64,000 nucleotides of DNA from NCBI RefSeq assembly GCF_964213995.1, contig NC_135830.1, positions 12,090,001 through 12,154,000 of the forward strand, in the 5' to 3' direction. Origin of the DNA: Mustelus asterias (Eukaryota). Below, in pieces: positions 58,337-64,000 of the stretch (positions are counted from its first letter, which is position 1; each line of letters opens with the position of its first letter). The translations under genes were made by a program, and so were the position numbers. The notes under the pieces are model-generated. The model was not told where the DNA came from, searched no databases, and worked only from the letters and a program-made list of their open reading frames with translations.

Positions 58337-58507
58337 TGACTCTTTCACTGAACGGCCTTGAGTTCAAACACATCCCGCACAGGACTGGGGGAACAGACAT
58401 GTCTGGGAAAGAGGGGAAACCGTATAATATGGAATATGGGGCGGAGTTGATGGGCTTTGGAAAACGGAATTAAGCCAAGCCAGAGATGGTTAAATTTTCA
58501 TTCAATA

Positions 58508-58513
58508 TTTATT
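58508..58513 (-). terminator. Probable polyadenylation signal of the membrane-form IgH mRNA
   Basis: AATAAA on the minus strand at the end of ~600 nt of AT-rich UTR-like sequence after the TM exon. Confidence 0.5.
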
Positions 58514-59104
58514 TTAAAAATTCAGAGAATATTTTACAGCGACATTAGTTTTTAAAGTTAGAAAAGTGAATTTAACGATCGAGCTTCACATTGAGAACAC
58601 AACACATGCACAGGGAATCCGTCAATATTTGTACATCTGTTACATACACCAGAAAGAGAAAACAGGACCTTAATAGAAAGAGGAATTAACAAATATGGAA
58701 ATGGAATGAGAAAAGTTTCTTATTTATACATGATATTTAAACTATGGGGAGACTATTAACCACAATTACATTATAACAAAAAATGCCTCGTACTTTTCAC
58801 TCTGAAAACTGAATACCGTCTATGATTGTCTCAGTTACAGATTCAGAATGATAAACTGAGAGAATTTTACTGATAGAGTCACCGAGAGCAGATATTGTAT
58901 TTGATCCATACAGAGATCTTGATAATCAGCTGAGGGAAATCTGCAGCATCCAAAATTCAACCCATCATTTGATCTGTAAAAGAAAGATACAATAATGAAG
59001 CAGATGTTTATGATGCAGGACATTAAAGTTAGAGTTTTTAATCAGTGGAACATTGAGAGATTTTTCAAATCCATTCTGTCAGTTTGATATGTGAGTGCAT
59101 TCAA

Positions 59105-59241
59105 TCATCTCACCTTCACCAGAGTGACCGCAGTGCTGTAGAAAATGCTCAGGAAGAACAGGACAATGAATGTGGAAGCCGTTGTCCAGATGTTACTGTT
59201 ATCATCCTCATTGTCTTCAATCCAGATGCGGTTGGTGGAGT
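59105..59241 (-). CDS. IgW/IgNAR-type heavy-chain transmembrane exon
   Basis: Acceptor tctccgtcccctAG; phase-1 translation (D)STNRIWIEDNEDDNSNIWTTASTFIVLFFLSIFYSTAVTLVK-VR*, carrying the conserved antigen-receptor TM (CART) motif. Not in the ORF track. Confidence 0.92.
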
Positions 59242-59799
59242 CTAGGGGACGGAGACCAGGATATGAAATTAGATTACTTTATTTATCCAGGTAATCTTAT
59301 TGTTATTTTTCTTTTCCCCGTTCTCCTTTTTAAACTGTTCATTTATTCTTGAACCTAATTTTCAATGTATACCTACTCTTAAGCTCATGACACTCAGTAA
59401 CCGATCTCCGTAACTATTTTCACACCTGATCTTTATTGACATTCCTTGGACAGTCCATGTCAGAAAGCACTGAAGATGTTTTCTTGAAAATCAGTTGATT
59501 TTTTGACAATTCGGAACTATCCCTTATTGAAGAATATTATCACTGATATCGAGGAACGTTCACTGATCAATGATTGTTTTCACAGATGGTTACTGATCTG
59601 TAAACTGTGAATGTTGTTGTTTAAGAGTTGGGATGTAATTTCCGATCTGTGCTTCTTTATGGTGGAAATGTTTAGTAGATCGTGAGCTTAATTCAGTTTC
59701 TCAGCGTGTTTATCTGTTCATTGTACATTGGGATAATAAATCTGTGGATATCTCCATTAAAAAGTCACGTTTAAATTTTACTTTCATCATTTGCCTACC

Positions 59800-60834
59800 G
59801 TTTGTATTGAAGATTTTGCATTTGTGTGCGTGTGCATGAGCATCTCGTGCTCTGCATTAATCTTTGGCTCTGAGTTAATATGTGATTATGACTGTTAATG
59901 TGCGCGTTTATTTGCCAGTGATTGTTGATTTGTGTAGTTGTGTGTCTGCATCTGTGCGCATATTTTATTCTTTTGTCATTGTGTATATATGACTCTATTA
60001 TTGTGTGAAGTCTATGAATATATATTAATGCCACTATTAATGCGTGCACATGTGTTTATGCCTATTGCTATGTGTTAATTTCTGTCACTCTAATAATGTT
60101 TGTTTCCCTTTCTGTGGAGTTGCCGGCGTTGGACTGGGGTCAGCACAGTAAGTAGTCTCACAACTCCAGGTTAAAGTCCAACAGGTTTATTTGGTTGCAC
60201 GAGCTTTCGGAGCATTGCCCCTTAATCAGGTAACTACTTACTGTTTCCCTTTCTGTGTGCGTCTGTTTCTCCATGTGTCTGTGTGCACGCCTGTTAACAT
60301 GTCAGTGTATGTATACACGCGTTAACATTCTTTATAACGGTGCGTTGATGTATATTTGTGTATCGATGTGTAGTAATGTGTGCTATGGTGTTCTGTTCTA
60401 TGAGCATGTTAATGTTTGCGTCTACATGTTTGTGTGTAAATGTTTTGCTGTCTGTTCTTCTATATGCAGTCTGGTGATTTGTTTATATGTATTTCCATAT
60501 ATGTTTGTGAATGTGTATAACATTGTGTGTCTTTATATCTATATTCCTATCAGCGTGAACGTGTGCTAATATATGTATTTATTTGAGTCTAAGTATGTGC
60601 TTGTGTATTTATGTGGGTCTGCATGCGTGTGTATCTGTCTGTATTGTGTCTATGCATGTATGTGTTTGTGTTTGGGTCTGTACCTACTCACGTATGTGTA
60701 TGTGTATGTACTTGTGTGTTTCATGTGTACATGTGTGCGTTTGTACATTTGATTATGTATGTGTATGTTGTTGTTTTAGTGTCTGTTTGCCCAAGAGCGC
60801 GTGTCTATGTGTTCGTATGTGTGTGTATGTGTCC

Positions 60835-60884
<50 letters not shown>

Positions 60885-61370
60885 ATGGGTGTGTCCCTAT
60901 GTATATTTGTGTACGGATGTGTTTGGGTATGGGTGTATTTTTGTGTGGGTGTATTTGTGTAAGTGTGTATTTCTGTTTGTGCATGTTTTGCCCATGAGTG
61001 CATTTGTGTGTGCATTCTTGTTTCTCTGCATGTGTGTTCGTCTGTGCAAGTATTGAGTGTACCTATGGTGTGTGAAAGTGTATCTGTGGTGTATTTGTGT
61101 GTTTCTGTGTCTGTATTTGAATGTGCCTGTCCCTATTTCTGGATATGTATGTGTGTGGGGGTATGTGTATGCGTTTGTGTGTGTATATTTACATGTGTCT
61201 TTCTGTATTTGTGTGCATATGTGTGAGTATGTGTATTTGTGTGTGTAGTTGTGCATTTGTGTCGATGTGTGTGTGTGTGTGTGTGTGAGTGTGTGTGTGC
61301 GCGCTTATGTGTGTATTTATAATTGTGACAGTTTTGTGGAGTATTGTCAGTGTGTGTATTTTTTAGCTGT
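59800..61370. repeat. Degenerate (TG)n-rich low-complexity tract in the IgH C-to-TM intron, with pure (TG)n(GA)n near 60838-60883
   Basis: Directly visible. Confidence 0.9.
60112..60235 (-). mobile_element. PLE terminal fragment with a core-mutated hammerhead motif (60197-60233)
   Basis: Minus strand reads TAC-CTGATTA-AGGGGCAATGCTCC-GAAA-GCTC-GTG, followed by the PLE terminus AATAAACCTGTTGGACTTTAACCTGG. Confidence 0.7.
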
Positions 61371-62418
61371 TGCTCCAAGTTTCACCGCAATCATTAACTG
61401 AAAATGATCCAAACAATACGAATAATGCAGCATATTTTCAATGTTTTGCTGTATGAATGTAGTTTATGTGAGTGGCACGGTGATATCAGGAGAACGAATG
61501 AAATCATTCATTGATGCATCTCAGAAACACCAGGGACAGAACAGTAAAAACCGGGGAGGATTCAATCATTTGTTTCAATTTGCATTATGGGAAATCAATA
61601 CCAGGACATGATTAACAGGAACAAGAGTGCAGAAACATTTTAAAATTATGTTGCATAAGTATATATGCATCACATTGATTAGGATAATGATACTTCAAAC
61701 TCTGCAGCAAATAAACCAGAAGCTAATTTGTACTGTTGGCAACTGGTTTCTTCTCGTAGAGAGCTGGTCCCTTCCAAACACGTTACTTGCGAAGAGGGAG
61801 GAGAGTGAGCTCATAATTTCCCTCTCTCTACCCGGTGAAGCAATGTCCCTGATGGTTCTAACCACTGACGAGGTGGAGGTGAGTGGATTAAATAATGACA
61901 TTCCTCCTCTTTTCATTGAGGAAGTGGTGGTACATGGGTTAGCTACTGCTCTCCCTTCTCTTTGTTGGGTGAGTAGGAATCTGGTATGTTAACAATTTAA
62001 CTCTCCCCTCTCTCTGATGGGGGGATTGTTGCTTCATGTTTGCGTGTGACCCTCACTTCAGTTCCCAGTGGGTGTGGTGCAGCAGCTTAAAGCTGACATC
62101 AGTGGTAAAGGCATGGACAATGAGAGAAGCAGGAACACCGAGATCTAAATTGTGTTTGTTTGTCAGAAATGTTGAAATTGTCAGATTTCTCCTCAGTGGG
62201 AGGAAAGTCGGTGAAGATATTTTGTAGACTACTGTAATGAATGTGCTCTACTCTGTCTCTAACCCAGGGTGTATCTGAGCTGGGTGCACTGGTTCAACAA
62301 GGCTTGGGCCCGAGACGTGAAAATACCTGACTCAAACCAAAGATACATAGTGGAAGTAAAATTGAAAATCAATCAATTAAGCAATTGGGTATTTCATTTA
62401 TCGTTGGAGGAAAAAGAT

Positions 62419-62433
62419 TTTATTATTTTTATT
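62419..62433 (-). terminator. Tandem AATAAA signals for the secretory IgH mRNA
   Basis: TTTATT at 62419-62424 and 62428-62433 on the plus strand, about 30 nt past the secretory stop. Confidence 0.75.
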
Positions 62434-62460
62434 GAAGTTTTTAATGTAAGCGAATGATTC

Positions 62461-62852
62461 TCATTGGCATGAATTAACGGTGTCCATCAGTGCAAGGGAA
62501 ATGTTCACAAAACTGGGTTTACCGCTGGATTTGTCAACTGTTCTGTTGATGATCTTCAAGGGGATGGCTTCATGTCCCACCACACAGGAGTAAGAAGCAC
62601 CGCTGGACCATTCCTCTGCTGCAATGGATAACAGGCTGTACATGAAGAAGGAGCTATTCCCGCTCTCCGCGACCACCTCGGTGTTCCTTTAGTTCCCAGG
62701 ATTCACCGGCTTGTCGTTGACGGTCCACTTGACGAAGATCTCTCGAGGGGAGAAACGTCTCACTAAGCAGCTGAGGGAGACGAATCTCTGAGCGGAGACT
62801 TCTTCTGCCGAGGGCAGGAGGACAGAGACGAACGGTTCCCGCGGATTTGGAT
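62461..62852 (-). pseudogene. Terminal constant domain and secretory tail exon of an IgW/IgNAR-type heavy chain, with an in-frame TAA at 62689-62691
   Basis: (D)[128 protein letters not shown]. Internal donor AGCG|GTAAAC at 62523/62522 is in phase with the TM exon. Confidence 0.88.
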
Positions 62853-63353
62853 CTGCAGAAAATGTACAATAAATGCCAATAAACTGGAGAATTCCGGAGA
62901 GAATGTAACCACTGGCTCGATATCAGAAAAATGTGCTTCGTTTCGATTTTCAATGTTTCCATTTTTGACTTCCAGCTTGGAGCAGAGGTGAACACAATTA
63001 TTTTCTCAAATAATTCAGGGGGCTGGACTGGGAAGTTTCAGAAATTTTACAGCACAGAATCAGGCTATTCGGCCCAACTGATCGGCTATTTTTTTGGTTT
63101 TCTGGTTTTTATGCTCCACATCAGGCTCCTCCCTCGTTATTCGATCTAAACCCAATAACATCGCCTTCAGTTCACTTTTCATTCATCAACACATCAAATT
63201 TCCCCGTAAAAATATCTACAATCCCCAGTTTTTAGTTAGTGGAGTTTCCACTCAGGGGACACCATTAATGCACTGAATGCTGAATATTGACCAGTCCACT
63301 GACACTGGAAATAGACACAGTGACGGATTTATTGCTTCAATCTCTCAGCTCAC

Positions 63354-63662
63354 CTGTTTCCTTGTGGATGGATTTTCTTAAAGGAGTCGGCAGATCCTGA
63401 TGGCTCACCACGCAGTCAAACACAGCCGCACTCAGCCAGGCTTGTGTCGAGATGTTTAAGTTGCTGACCACGCTGTCAGGATCCGCTCCTGGCTTTTCGG
63501 CAATCTCTGATTTCAAATACTTCCTGTCTCGGATCCAGGACACGTTGACTCCATAGGGAGCATTAGAAATGATGCAGGTTAAGGTCAATGTTGCCTCCAG
63601 TAAGACCTGTTCTATTGGTGGTGGCTGTATGGTCACTGTGGTATCAGGGCACTGGGGAGGAT
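63354..63662 (-). CDS. Penultimate constant-domain exon of the IgW/IgNAR-type heavy chain
   Basis: Acceptor cattcacAG and donor AG|GTGAG; C1-set Ig fold [22 protein letters not shown]...VSW...[21 protein letters not shown]. Confidence 0.92.
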
Positions 63663-64000
63663 CTGTGAATGACAAATGAAAATCAACCCTAGTTCCCTCT
63701 TCAGAAGCAAGACAGCAGTCTTCAGCCTGAAGGAGACGAAGTTGCCTTCGATATATCAACCTCTAACTATCACCTTTCAACCTCTCTGGAGGATGGAAAA
63801 CCAGCCTGCCAAGTGAAATTATTCTCTTTTTGTTCAAGTATTTTAGCAGCGGTATCATTCTCATGAATCAACATTGCAGTATTCCCCAACAAATATACCA
63901 TTCCTGAACTCAGGAACCAAGTACTGGCAGTTAGTTTATAAGTAGGGTGGATGCACTTCCCAATATTTTACCCCTATGCTGCGACCTGTGAAACAGTCCG

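Noticed and set aside
59795-61378. Cys/Val- and His/Thr-rich ORFs; Ig switch region
   Set aside because: Translations of TG repeats. The tract lies between the last C exon and TM, and lacks the AGCT/G-rich pattern of switch regions.

Overview
Eukaryotic genomic DNA from a cartilaginous fish, most likely a shark. This rests on HE1-like V-SINEs, CR1/HER1-like LINEs and an IgW/IgNAR-type heavy-chain constant region. About 1-57 kb is a transposon-saturated cluster of eight tandem C2H2 zinc-finger (ZNF) loci, labelled A-H here. None has a recognisable KRAB, SCAN or BTB domain. A, B, E and G have uninterrupted finger arrays (E lacks a clear ATG), C and D have terminal frameshifts, F has one in-frame TAG, and H was destroyed by LINE insertions. 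The ZNFs share a paralogous leader (short exon 1, 80-nt exon 2, decayed fingers) and several sit in divergent pairs on CpG/CCAAT/NRF1-like promoters. The last ~5.5 kb holds the 3' end of an IgW/IgNAR-type gene on the minus strand: two C-domain exons, the secretory tail and the TM exon, with a premature stop in the last C domain. Most notable: (1) a family-wide in-frame UGA 13 codons before a start ATG that occupies the Gly position of a TGEKP linker; (2) a degenerate tRNA-Arg(ACG) inside a mirror-symmetric bidirectional ZNF promoter, apparently within a spliced first exon; (3) Penelope-borne minimal hammerhead ribozymes with stem covariation; (4) a four-stem RNA cassette in a CR1 3' UTR; (5) a two-variant minisatellite grown out of an orphan ZNF first exon; (6) a CTCF-like site between the Ig gene and the ZNF cluster. 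All calls were made by eye and no database searches were run.
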